In this document: positions 8,550-16,334 of the stretch, in pieces
Position numbering within the stretch: position 1 is the first letter of the stretch
Layout: the number at the start of each line of letters is the position of its first letter
Virus record (IMG/VR): IMGVR_UViG_3300019487_000006
Coordinates: 1 to 64,000 of that record
Strand: one strand, 5' to 3'
DNA: 64,000 nt
From: a virus
Made by a program: the position numbers and the translations under genes
The notes under the pieces: model-generated
What the model was told of the DNA's origin: nothing
Databases searched by the model: none
What the model saw: only the letters and a program-made list of their open reading frames with translations

Positions 8550-11500
8550 ATGCGACGTATCCAGGGGTGGGGCCGATACGACGCTCGTATTGTCCTGATT
8601 GGTGAGGCCCCCGGCGAGAACGAGGAACGGTTGGGGGAACCGTTTGTCGGGGCGTCGGGATTTCGTCTCAAGCAATGGTGGGAGAAGGTCGGGCTACGTC
8701 GTGAAGACCTTAGAATCGAAAATTTGGTCGAGTATCGACCGCCTCACAACAACATCGAAGCGTTCGACCGCGCCTATCTTGAACAGTGGATGTCCTACCT
8801 GCATGACCGGATCACCTCCCTTCCAGACCCATACGTATTAGTCCCTACTGGTAATTACGCCCTCTATGCCTTGACCCGTAAAGGAAAGGTCAAGTGGCAT
8901 AACCGTGAAGGTCACGAGACCCGTCCTGGGATCACCAACTGGCGAGGGTCTATTCTCAGTTATACCGACCTCAAGGGTCGTGAGATTAAGGTCATTCCGA
9001 CCATCCATCCCGCTGCGACCTTTCGTTCCCCCTCAGATGAAGTCGTGTGTATTCATGACTGGAAACGGATTGTAGAGGAATCCCAATATAAGGACCTGCG
9101 ACTCCCTAAACGGACGCACGAGACAAGGCCGACACTCAACTACGTAGAGGACTACTTAGCGGGGCTCCCCAAAGACAGCGTCGTCGCGGTGGACATCGAA
9201 AACCCTCGACGAAAGGTGACAAAGGAGGTTATCAATGACGCCACAGGTAGAAAAGTCAAAAAAACGGAGTATCTCCCAGCCGAAATCGTCTGTATGGCAT
9301 TTTCCCACACACCTGAGTATTCGCTTACTGTGCCCCTCATCAAAAGCTATTGGGGAGATCACAGCAAGTTGGAGTCCGTATGGGGGTGGATTACTCGGTT
9401 CCTTACCAGCGACACCTCTTCTAAAGTCTTCCACAACGGGTTGTACGACACGTTTCACCTTTCATGGGAGCGAAATATTTCGGTGCAAAATTACCGGTTT
9501 GACACGCTCTACATGCACCATTGTCTTGACCCGGCGGACGCGCATTCCCTTGACTATTGCGCCAGTCGTGATACCCGTGAGCCGTATTGGAAGTGCCTTA
9601 GTCCAGGGACACGTATCCTCACGACCGAGCTTATATGGAAAAAAATAGAGGAACTTAAGGTTGGTGATGAACTTATAGGGTTTGATGTTCAACCAGTCAA
9701 TCGAAAACGAAGGTTTCGTCGAACAACGGTTAAATCGTGCGGAAAGTTACGAAAGCCCTGTTATCGAATTGAGTTTGTTGATGGAACCCAAGTAACTGCC
9801 AGTAAAGAGCATCCATGGCTGGCTCAAAAATACCGCTTGTGTCATTCCTTATTCTGGGTTGAAACCCAACACCTCTCGGCTGGAATGAAAGTTGGGCGAC
9901 TATGTTCTCCATGGGAGACTGACAATACATACGAAGGTGGATGGTTGGCTGGGCTGTATGATGGAGAGGGAAGTTATGGCCCGTCAACAATGTCGTTCTG
10001 CCAGAATCCAGGTGACGTACTTGAGCGTGGAAAAGCGTGGTTGACTATGAAGGGGTTTCGATGGAAAACCTATAATAAAAGTGAGGTTGGACGGATTCAC
10101 CGAGTAACATTTACGTCAACACCTGACGTATTACGCTTTCTTGGGTCTATTCGACCAACACGCTTACTCAAAAACAGTCATCGCGCCTGGGAAGGTAAAC
10201 GGACCGACAGTTTTATTTATAAAAAATTGGAGATTGCAAGCGTTACTTATGTTGGAGAACAAGAAGTGGTCGGTCTTGAAACGACCACAAAAACGTTCAT
10301 TGCGGAGGGACTGTATACACACAACTCAGAAGCGAAAGATTCCGATGAAGCCGCGAAGTACGTCTCTAATTGGGAAGCCTTCCTAGTCTACAACGGGAAG
10401 GACGCCGCTGTAACTCGTGAACTCTACGACGTCTATCATCACCGTCTTGTGGAGCGTGGACAACTAGAGTTTTACCAGAAACACTACACAGAACTGCTCC
10501 AGCCTCTTCAGGCACTACAGTTGCACGGTATACGTGTTGATGATGAAAAACGACGCTACCGGCTCGCCCACCTCCTCGCGGATTGTATCGGCATCCAAGA
10601 CCAGCTTGAACAACTGACGGGTATTCGACTGTACGCGGACAAGACATTGTCGCCGGTGAAACTCAAACATTATCTCTATACGGTGCTGGGCCTCCCCGAA
10701 CAGCTACGAGCACGTAAATCGCGGGGTGAGAAGACCGCCTCCGCTGATGAACTGGCGGTCCGTAAACTCATGCTCAAGTATCCCACAGTGTTGAATACCA
10801 CCGGAGAACTGATTCTACAACACAAGCGCAAGGCCAAATTGACCGAGTTTTACCACGAAAATCGCGTGGATGCGGATGGACGGTTCCGGTCATCCTATTC
10901 ACCCAATACTGAAGCAGGGCGACTGTCTTCCAGTAGTAATCCTAACCAAACTGGCGGGAACGCGCAAAACGTCGACCGGGAGACAAGGGATGCGTTCATT
11001 CCAGACCCCGGTAAAATCCTCGTGGAGGTGGACCTGTCGCAGGCTGAGGCCCGTATCGACTATGCCCTCATCTATCGGTTGACTGGCAGTAAAGATATGT
11101 ATGAACGGGCGCGGTTGCGTCCCGATGAATATGACCAACACACGGAGAACGCTTCCTTTATCTTCAACAAGCCGACTAATCAGGTGATGAAACGTGAGCG
11201 TTACCTGGGCAAGAAGGCAGTCCACGGGGCATTCCGCGACATGCAGGGCAAGAAATTGTCAGATGAACTCCTCAAGGAGGGGTTTGTCGTGGATGAACGC
11301 GAAGCCGACCGTATGCTTGTCGAGTTTAAGAAGCGCGTCCCAGGTATTGAGGAACTATTTCGATGGGTTCGACGACGTATCCTCGAAGAGCGAATGTTGG
11401 TAAACTCATGGGGGCGGCGGTGGTACTGCACCTACGACCGGATGGGGGACGAGTTGTTCCGTCGCGGATACAGTTTCGATCCACAAAGCGAGATGGCTGA

Positions 11501-11810
11501 CTGGATGAATCAGCTTGGCTTTAAGCCGTTTTTCTGGTATATTCATGACCTCTGCCAACGGGAGGGCCGCGACGTGGGAGCCATCAATGTTCATGGTCAC
11601 GACTCCTTGGTCTATTCCATCCTGCCGCAGTATGCGTACGAGACGACAAAATTTCTAGTCGAGTCACTTGAACAGGAGCGAGTGATGCGCGATGTGCCGT
11701 TATCGATTCCTTGTGAGGTAAAATGTGGGAGAACGTGGAAAGGCGAACACGAGTGGAAGAGGCTGCCGTCGCGGGCCGAATTTGACGCCGTTATCGATAG
11801 CCTTACTTGA
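8550..11810 (+). CDS. DNA polymerase: UDG-like domain + 3'-5' exonuclease + family A polymerase (intein-containing precursor)
   Basis: Family-4 UDG-like motifs GEAPGENE..PFVGASG and IHPAA. Exo motifs VDIE, HNGLYD, YNGKDA. Pol A motifs DLSQAEAR, RYLGKKAVHG, HGHDS. Confidence 0.9.
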   Translation: MRRIQGWGRYDARIVLIGEAPGENEERLGEPFVGASGFRLKQWWEKVGLRREDLRIENLVEYRPPHNNIEAFDRAYLEQWMSYLHDRITSLPDPYVLVPTGNYALYALTRKGKVKWHNREGHETRPGITNWRGSILSYTDLKGREIKVIPTIHPAATFRSPSDEVVCIHDWKRIVEESQYKDLRLPKRTHETRPTLNYVEDYLAGLPKDSVVAVDIENPRRKVTKEVINDATGRKVKKTEYLPAEIVCMAFSHTPEYSLTVPLIKSYWGDHSKLESVWGWITRFLTSDTSSKVFHNGLYDTFHLSWERNISVQNYRFDTLYMHHCLDPADAHSLDYCASRDTREPYWKCLSPGTRILTTELIWKKIEELKVGDELIGFDVQPVNRKRRFRRTTVKSCGKLRKPCYRIEFVDGTQVTASKEHPWLAQKYRLCHSLFWVETQHLSAGMKVGRLCSPWETDNTYEGGWLAGLYDGEGSYGPSTMSFCQNPGDVLERGKAWLTMKGFRWKTYNKSEVGRIHRVTFTSTPDVLRFLGSIRPTRLLKNSHRAWEGKRTDSFIYKKLEIASVTYVGEQEVVGLETTTKTFIAEGLYTHNSEAKDSDEAAKYVSNWEAFLVYNGKDAAVTRELYDVYHHRLVERGQLEFYQKHYTELLQPLQALQLHGIRVDDEKRRYRLAHLLADCIGIQDQLEQLTGIRLYADKTLSPVKLKHYLYTVLGLPEQLRARKSRGEKTASADELAVRKLMLKYPTVLNTTGELILQHKRKAKLTEFYHENRVDADGRFRSSYSPNTEAGRLSSSSNPNQTGGNAQNVDRETRDAFIPDPGKILVEVDLSQAEARIDYALIYRLTGSKDMYERARLRPDEYDQHTENASFIFNKPTNQVMKRERYLGKKAVHGAFRDMQGKKLSDELLKEGFVVDEREADRMLVEFKKRVPGIEELFRWVRRRILEERMLVNSWGRRWYCTYDRMGDELFRRGYSFDPQSEMADWMNQLGFKPFFWYIHDLCQREGRDVGAINVHGHDSLVYSILPQYAYETTKFLVESLEQERVMRDVPLSIPCEVKCGRTWKGEHEWKRLPSRAEFDAVIDSLT
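9594..10325 (+). mobile_element. intein (244 aa) with LAGLIDADG motif, inserted between Exo II and Exo III
   Basis: Begins at Cys of CLSPGTRIL. Block B TASKEHPWL. WLAGLYDGEGS. Ends FIAEGLYTHN followed by +1 Ser. In frame with the polymerase. Confidence 0.85.
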
Positions 11811-11859
11811 TGCGGTTTTTCGGCCATCACCATTATTGACGTATTTGAGACGGAAGCAT

Positions 11860-12081
11860 ATGAGTGAATGGACCCTCGATCCAGACTTCGAGTACGCCAC
11901 CGACCCGTTTGTCCGGGCCGTATGCAAGGCGCGAGGACATCAGTGGCAGACAGTTTCTATGGAAGTAAGACATCGCTATGGTTTAACGAATGTGATGTGT
12001 ACGCGATGTTATGTATATGGACTTACACACGATGAAACCATTACGACGACCGTCGACGCCACGGACTCCACCAACGGGTGA
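11860..12081 (+). CDS. small C-H-C-C zinc-binding protein, family member 2
   Basis: ATG 11860 (ORF track 11725..12081). DPFVRAVCKARGHQW...CTRC. Confidence 0.45.
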   Translation: MSEWTLDPDFEYATDPFVRAVCKARGHQWQTVSMEVRHRYGLTNVMCTRCYVYGLTHDETITTTVDATDSTNG

Positions 12082-12103
12082 GACGCCCCCGCGTCACGCC
12101 ATC

Positions 12104-12301
12104 GTGATTAAAGGTGGACAACGTCCGCCTAAAGGCGGTCAGTTTGAAGAGGCCGTATGTCTTGCACGGCACGGAGGACATACTTACATCACCGCCCAGA
12201 ACGAACTCCAACTATTTTGCATCCATTGTGGAGCCCCCCTGGATTGGAAATCGATCACTCAATGGGAGAAAACGGCCCGTGTCGACCATCGACGTGGATG
12301 A
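12104..12301 (+). CDS. small C-H-C-C zinc-binding protein, family member 3
   Basis: ORF track 12011..12301. GTG 12104 is chosen to avoid overlapping the upstream gene, so the start is uncertain. QFEEAVCLARHGGHTY...CIHCG. Confidence 0.4.
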   Translation: MIKGGQRPPKGGQFEEAVCLARHGGHTYITAQNELQLFCIHCGAPLDWKSITQWEKTARVDHRRG

Positions 12302-12464
12302 GTTTACCAGGAAGGTGTGTATGGCCACGCACGGTGGGTATCATCCAGACGCGGTGTCACCTACTACGGTCTGTCCAAGTTGCGGGGTAGATGCCCTCAC
12401 CGCTGCGATAGATAATATACAACGACTACTCGATGGGCTTTCTGACACTTTTAAGACCTTATAA
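12279..12464 (+). CDS. small C-H-C-C zinc-binding protein, family member 4
   Basis: GTG 12279 lies about 10 nt after GGGAG (ORF track 12114..12464). STIDVDEFTRKVCMATHGGYH...CPSCG closely parallels 1816..2073. Confidence 0.4.
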   Translation: MSTIDVDEFTRKVCMATHGGYHPDAVSPTTVCPSCGVDALTAAIDNIQRLLDGLSDTFKTL

Positions 12465-12485
12465 CATCCTCAAAGGAACTCTCAC

Positions 12486-14447
12486 ATGATTGGTGAACTC
12501 GCGGCCCGCACATTTAGTCTCTCCCCCGTGTTCCTAGACCGTTACCGTGGCCTAGAACCGGCGTGGGGGCCATTGGGACTCGTCACGTTTCTGCGAACTT
12601 ACAGCCGCATGGTGGAGGAGGGACACAAGGAATCGTATACAGATACGCTCCAACGGTGTGTCGAGGGATGTTTCTCCATCCAGAAAAACCATTGTCATCT
12701 CCATGGCTTACCGTGGAGCGACGAAAAGGCCCAACGGACCGCGCAACGCATGTTCCAAGCGATGTGGGAGTTCAAATTTCTCCCAGCCGGTCGTGGCCTG
12801 TGGACGATGGGGACTGAACATATCATCAAGTGCGGGGGAGCCAGTTTGAACAACTGTGGGATGGTGTCCACCAAGGACTTACGGAATGATCCCACCAAGC
12901 CATTTACGTTTCTCATGGACATGATGATGGTTGGGGTCGGGGTTGGGTTCGATGTTATGGGGGCCGGACAGGTTATGGTTCGCGAACCCCGTTCCACGAC
13001 CGCGCCCTTGGTCTTCACCGTGGAGGACTCACGAGCCGGGTGGGTCGACTCGACCCGTATCCTTTTGGAAACATATCTCGTTGAACACCGTAGTAATGTC
13101 CATGTATTTGATTACTCGAAAATTCGCCCCGCTGGGGTACCGCTCAAGCTCTTTGGAGGTGTGTCATCTGGCCCTCGCCCATTGATTGACCTCCATCAAC
13201 GGTTGATCGATGTGCTGAAATCCAGGATCGGCCACTTGCTTTCGTCCACCGATATTCTTGACATCATGAACCTGATCGGTCTCTGCGTAAACTCAGGGAA
13301 CATCCGTCGTGGTGCGGAGATTGCCTTGGGTGGGTCAGACGACCGCGAGTTTCTAGACGCGAAACGGGACCACCAAGCGTATCCACACCGATCTATGTCC
13401 AATAACAGCGTACTCGCGACCATTGGGCAATCATATACCGACATCGGGTGGCGGACGGCGATCAACGGGGAACCTGGATATTTTTGGCTGGAGAATGCTC
13501 GTGCGTATGGTAGAATGAAGGATGGGATTACCAACCGCGACCACCTCGTCGTCGGCACCAACCCTTGTAGTGAGCAATCGCTGGAGAACTATGAATTGTG
13601 TAATCTGGTGGAGTCCTTTCCTGCGCGACACGCATCATTGCGTGAATACCTCGATACCCTCAAACTGGCCTACATGTGGGCGAAGACCGTCTCCTTGCTA
13701 CCTACCCACATCAAAGAAACCAACGCCGTCACCTTGCGAAACCGACGAATTGGGTGCAGTCAGTCCGGCATCACCGGAGCCTTTGCACGACACGGACGAC
13801 GGGAAGTCTTGAGGTGGTGCGATGAAGCGTACGCCTATGTGGTCGGGTTGGATAAACAGTATTCCTCCTGGTTGTGCGTCCCTGAAAGTATCAAGAAAAC
13901 GTCGGTTAAACCGAGCGGCACGGTCAGTTTGCTCCCTGGGGAAACTCCAGGCATTCATTATCCACATGCGGAACACTATATTCGGCGTATCCGTATCGCC
14001 TCGAATGACCCACTGGTCATGGTCCTTGCCCAGGCAGGCTACAGTACGGAACCTGACGACGTGGTGCCGGAGACCGTCGTCGTCTCATTCCCGGTAAAGG
14101 AACCCTACTTCGAGCGCGGGAAGGATCAAGTCTCCATGTGGGAGCAACTGGAAAATGTCGCGGCGTACCAGCATTATTGGGCAGATAATCAGGTGAGCGC
14201 GACGGTGACCTTTCGTGACCATGAACAGGCTGATATCCCCAAGGCACTTGAACTGTATGAATCCCGACTCAAATCGATTGCCTTTCTCCCGGCGGATAAC
14301 CACGGGTACCGGCAAGCCCCGTATCAAACCATCTCGCAGTGCGAGTACGACCTTCTGATGCGGCGGGTTACGCGCCCGCTGGATTACCGGTTATTGACGG
14401 ATGGAGAAGGGACGAGGTTTTGTGATAATGACAAATGTCAATCCTAG
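12486..14447 (+). CDS. nrdJ: ribonucleotide reductase, class II (B12-dependent) type
   Basis: Active-site stretch GTNPCSEQSLENYELCNL matches class II NPCGE...CNL spacing. 653 aa. No small-subunit gene nearby. Confidence 0.8.
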   Translation: MIGELAARTFSLSPVFLDRYRGLEPAWGPLGLVTFLRTYSRMVEEGHKESYTDTLQRCVEGCFSIQKNHCHLHGLPWSDEKAQRTAQRMFQAMWEFKFLPAGRGLWTMGTEHIIKCGGASLNNCGMVSTKDLRNDPTKPFTFLMDMMMVGVGVGFDVMGAGQVMVREPRSTTAPLVFTVEDSRAGWVDSTRILLETYLVEHRSNVHVFDYSKIRPAGVPLKLFGGVSSGPRPLIDLHQRLIDVLKSRIGHLLSSTDILDIMNLIGLCVNSGNIRRGAEIALGGSDDREFLDAKRDHQAYPHRSMSNNSVLATIGQSYTDIGWRTAINGEPGYFWLENARAYGRMKDGITNRDHLVVGTNPCSEQSLENYELCNLVESFPARHASLREYLDTLKLAYMWAKTVSLLPTHIKETNAVTLRNRRIGCSQSGITGAFARHGRREVLRWCDEAYAYVVGLDKQYSSWLCVPESIKKTSVKPSGTVSLLPGETPGIHYPHAEHYIRRIRIASNDPLVMVLAQAGYSTEPDDVVPETVVVSFPVKEPYFERGKDQVSMWEQLENVAAYQHYWADNQVSATVTFRDHEQADIPKALELYESRLKSIAFLPADNHGYRQAPYQTISQCEYDLLMRRVTRPLDYRLLTDGEGTRFCDNDKCQS

Positions 14448-14544
14448 ACAAGAATCTGGAGTGGCGACCGTCACCATCCCTTGGTACACTCGTACCCCGG
14501 ACGATCTCACGGAGGCCCTCTGGTTTTTCCAAGGTGGTGTATAG

Positions 14545-14760
14545 ATGGTCACTAAACATAAAATACATGGTGGATTCGATCATGACATATCCGTCTGGAA
14601 GGATGACTGGAGCAACGGTTGTCGCTACTTGCTAATGAGGGACGAGCGTGACGGTACAGGAGAATGGTGGGACAAAACTAAACAGTGCTGGATACAATGC
14701 GACGCCTTCCAGGTTGCCATTCTCGCCAGCCAGTTAGAGAGGGAACGCAATGATAGTTGA
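14545..14760 (+). CDS. hypothetical protein (tandem paralog A)
   Basis: GEWWDKTKQCWIQCDAFQVAILASQLERE parallels the next ORF. Confidence 0.45.
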   Translation: MVTKHKIHGGFDHDISVWKDDWSNGCRYLLMRDERDGTGEWWDKTKQCWIQCDAFQVAILASQLERERNDS

Positions 14761-15022
14761 CATTATAAAGAAGGAAAATCGACATTTTTATACACGTTTT
14801 AGTTATAACGATTTAGCATCTTACACGTCTGCGTATTATGACACCTGCGACAATGTTGCTCCATTTCGTTTACTTATCTTTGCTGATGGAACTGGGGGAC
14901 AGTGGTGGCTCGAAGGTGAGAGAAACTGGTATCGCTGTGATCCATTCGAGACTGCCATTCTCAAACGGCAACTGGACATAAAGGAGTCATATGACAGGGA
15001 CGAGCAAGGAACCAAACCATGA
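14750..15022 (+). CDS. hypothetical protein (tandem paralog B)
   Basis: GQWWLEGERNWYRCDPFETAILKRQLDIKE parallels 14545..14760. Confidence 0.45.
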   Translation: MIVDIIKKENRHFYTRFSYNDLASYTSAYYDTCDNVAPFRLLIFADGTGGQWWLEGERNWYRCDPFETAILKRQLDIKESYDRDEQGTKP

Positions 15023-16223
15023 CTTTATCGACCTTTATCTTCACCATACCGGTGAATCTGAGGTCCCGCAGCAGTTCCATTTGTTTGCGTGCCTCTCGCT
15101 GCTAGCTGCGTCCGTCGCCGACCGGGTCTGGTTGGTACGTGACGACGGTGGGACACGTATCTACCCCAATCTCTATGTATACCTGATCGGTCCATCTGGT
15201 AGTGGGAAGGAAAAGGCGATTACCACCGCCGCTCGGTTCGCGGACGGCTACCCCAAAATTGGCTTATTCATGTCTACCGGGGTTACTAAGCAGTACCTCA
15301 TCGACCACCTTTGTCGTCAACCATGCGACGACAAGCCCCATCCCAACATTCTGTACCTCGTCACCGAGGAGTTGGGCATGGCGATCCCATCCAAGGAGTT
15401 AGGGAAGGAACTGATAAAGTTCATGACTGGGCACTACATCCGGTCTGGGTTGACCAGTTATGAAGGGACACGTATGCATGGGCAGAAAACCATCAAGGAC
15501 CCATCCCTCAACTGGTTGGCCGGTACTACCGATGAATGGTTGACGAAGGCGGTCGACCGTGATGCGATTGAGGGAGGGTTTTTTGCGCGAGTCCTCTCAG
15601 TACGTGGGAAGCGTTCTGGGGATGTTCGATTCGCAGATATGGTCTACCCACAAGACCGTGAACAAATTAGACACGTCTTACAGCAACGTATTGAGGCGTA
15701 TTCAACAGTGACGTTCCAGTTTACGAAATCGAAGGAAGCCGCTGAATATTATAAGGAATGGTATGAGTCTCCGACCATGCGACCGTCACCCAATGACAAA
15801 CTGATGGAACCTGCGTTTAACCGAAGTGATGAAATGGTCCACCGCCTCGCGATGATCCTGAAGCTGTCCTCTATGAACGAATCGATGCTGCCTGGGTATC
15901 TCACCAGTGTCCAGATCGAGCAACCATTTTTCGAGGAAGCTGTCAAGTTTTGGGACGGTGTCTTGCAAGATATTCCACACACCATTCGTCAAGCCGCTGC
16001 CACAAAAGAGAGTGCTGAAGTCGAGAATGTCGCAGAAATCATCAAGCGTCTCAAGGTGTTAGATCATTCAACCTTACTCCGACGGTGTGGGAGTCGTGGA
16101 ATGAACGCGGACCAGGTGAAGGTTGCGTTGAGGACCCTCACCGAGCAATTAGACGTGGAAGCCGGGGTTGAGCAAACCGCGCCCGGTCATACCAAGCGTG
16201 TGTATAAATGGGTTGGGACGTGA
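14991..16223 (+). CDS. DUF3987-like P-loop NTPase (replication-associated, putative)
   Basis: RBS AAGGAG. Walker A YLIGPSGSGKE. LYLVTEELG Walker B-like. GGFFARVL resembles DUF3987/YfjI-like proteins. Confidence 0.45.
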   Translation: MTGTSKEPNHDFIDLYLHHTGESEVPQQFHLFACLSLLAASVADRVWLVRDDGGTRIYPNLYVYLIGPSGSGKEKAITTAARFADGYPKIGLFMSTGVTKQYLIDHLCRQPCDDKPHPNILYLVTEELGMAIPSKELGKELIKFMTGHYIRSGLTSYEGTRMHGQKTIKDPSLNWLAGTTDEWLTKAVDRDAIEGGFFARVLSVRGKRSGDVRFADMVYPQDREQIRHVLQQRIEAYSTVTFQFTKSKEAAEYYKEWYESPTMRPSPNDKLMEPAFNRSDEMVHRLAMILKLSSMNESMLPGYLTSVQIEQPFFEEAVKFWDGVLQDIPHTIRQAAATKESAEVENVAEIIKRLKVLDHSTLLRRCGSRGMNADQVKVALRTLTEQLDVEAGVEQTAPGHTKRVYKWVGT

Positions 16224-16260
16224 TAAGAAAAACTGAAGCTCAGGAAGTTTAGATAGGAAA

Positions 16261-16332
16261 TTTAGCAAACTTGCGTAAAAATGGCATATTTATACAAGTT
16301 TGCTAAACTAAATTTAGCTAATATGCCATTTT
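16261..16332. terminator. AT-rich convergent intergenic element with two interleaved perfect 13-bp inverted repeats
   Basis: TTTAGCAAACTTG (16261..16273) pairs with CAAGTTTGCTAAA (16295..16307). AAAATGGCATATT (16278..16290) pairs with AATATGCCATTTT (16320..16332). It lies between convergent genes. Confidence 0.4.
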
Positions 16333-16334
16333 AT

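Noticed and set aside
8599-11600. Numerous 60-140-aa ORFs overlapping or antisense to the polymerase (and likewise within RNR, portal, TerL and the fibre genes)
   Set aside because: They are fully embedded in long ORFs that carry strong family motifs. They have no RBS and out-of-frame-type composition.
14461-14547. 28-aa ORF (GTG 14461, ...IPWYTRTPDDLTEALWFFQGGV) in the gap after the RNR gene
   Set aside because: The Shine-Dalgarno-like GGAG abuts the start codon with no spacer. The ORF is too short to support without expression data.
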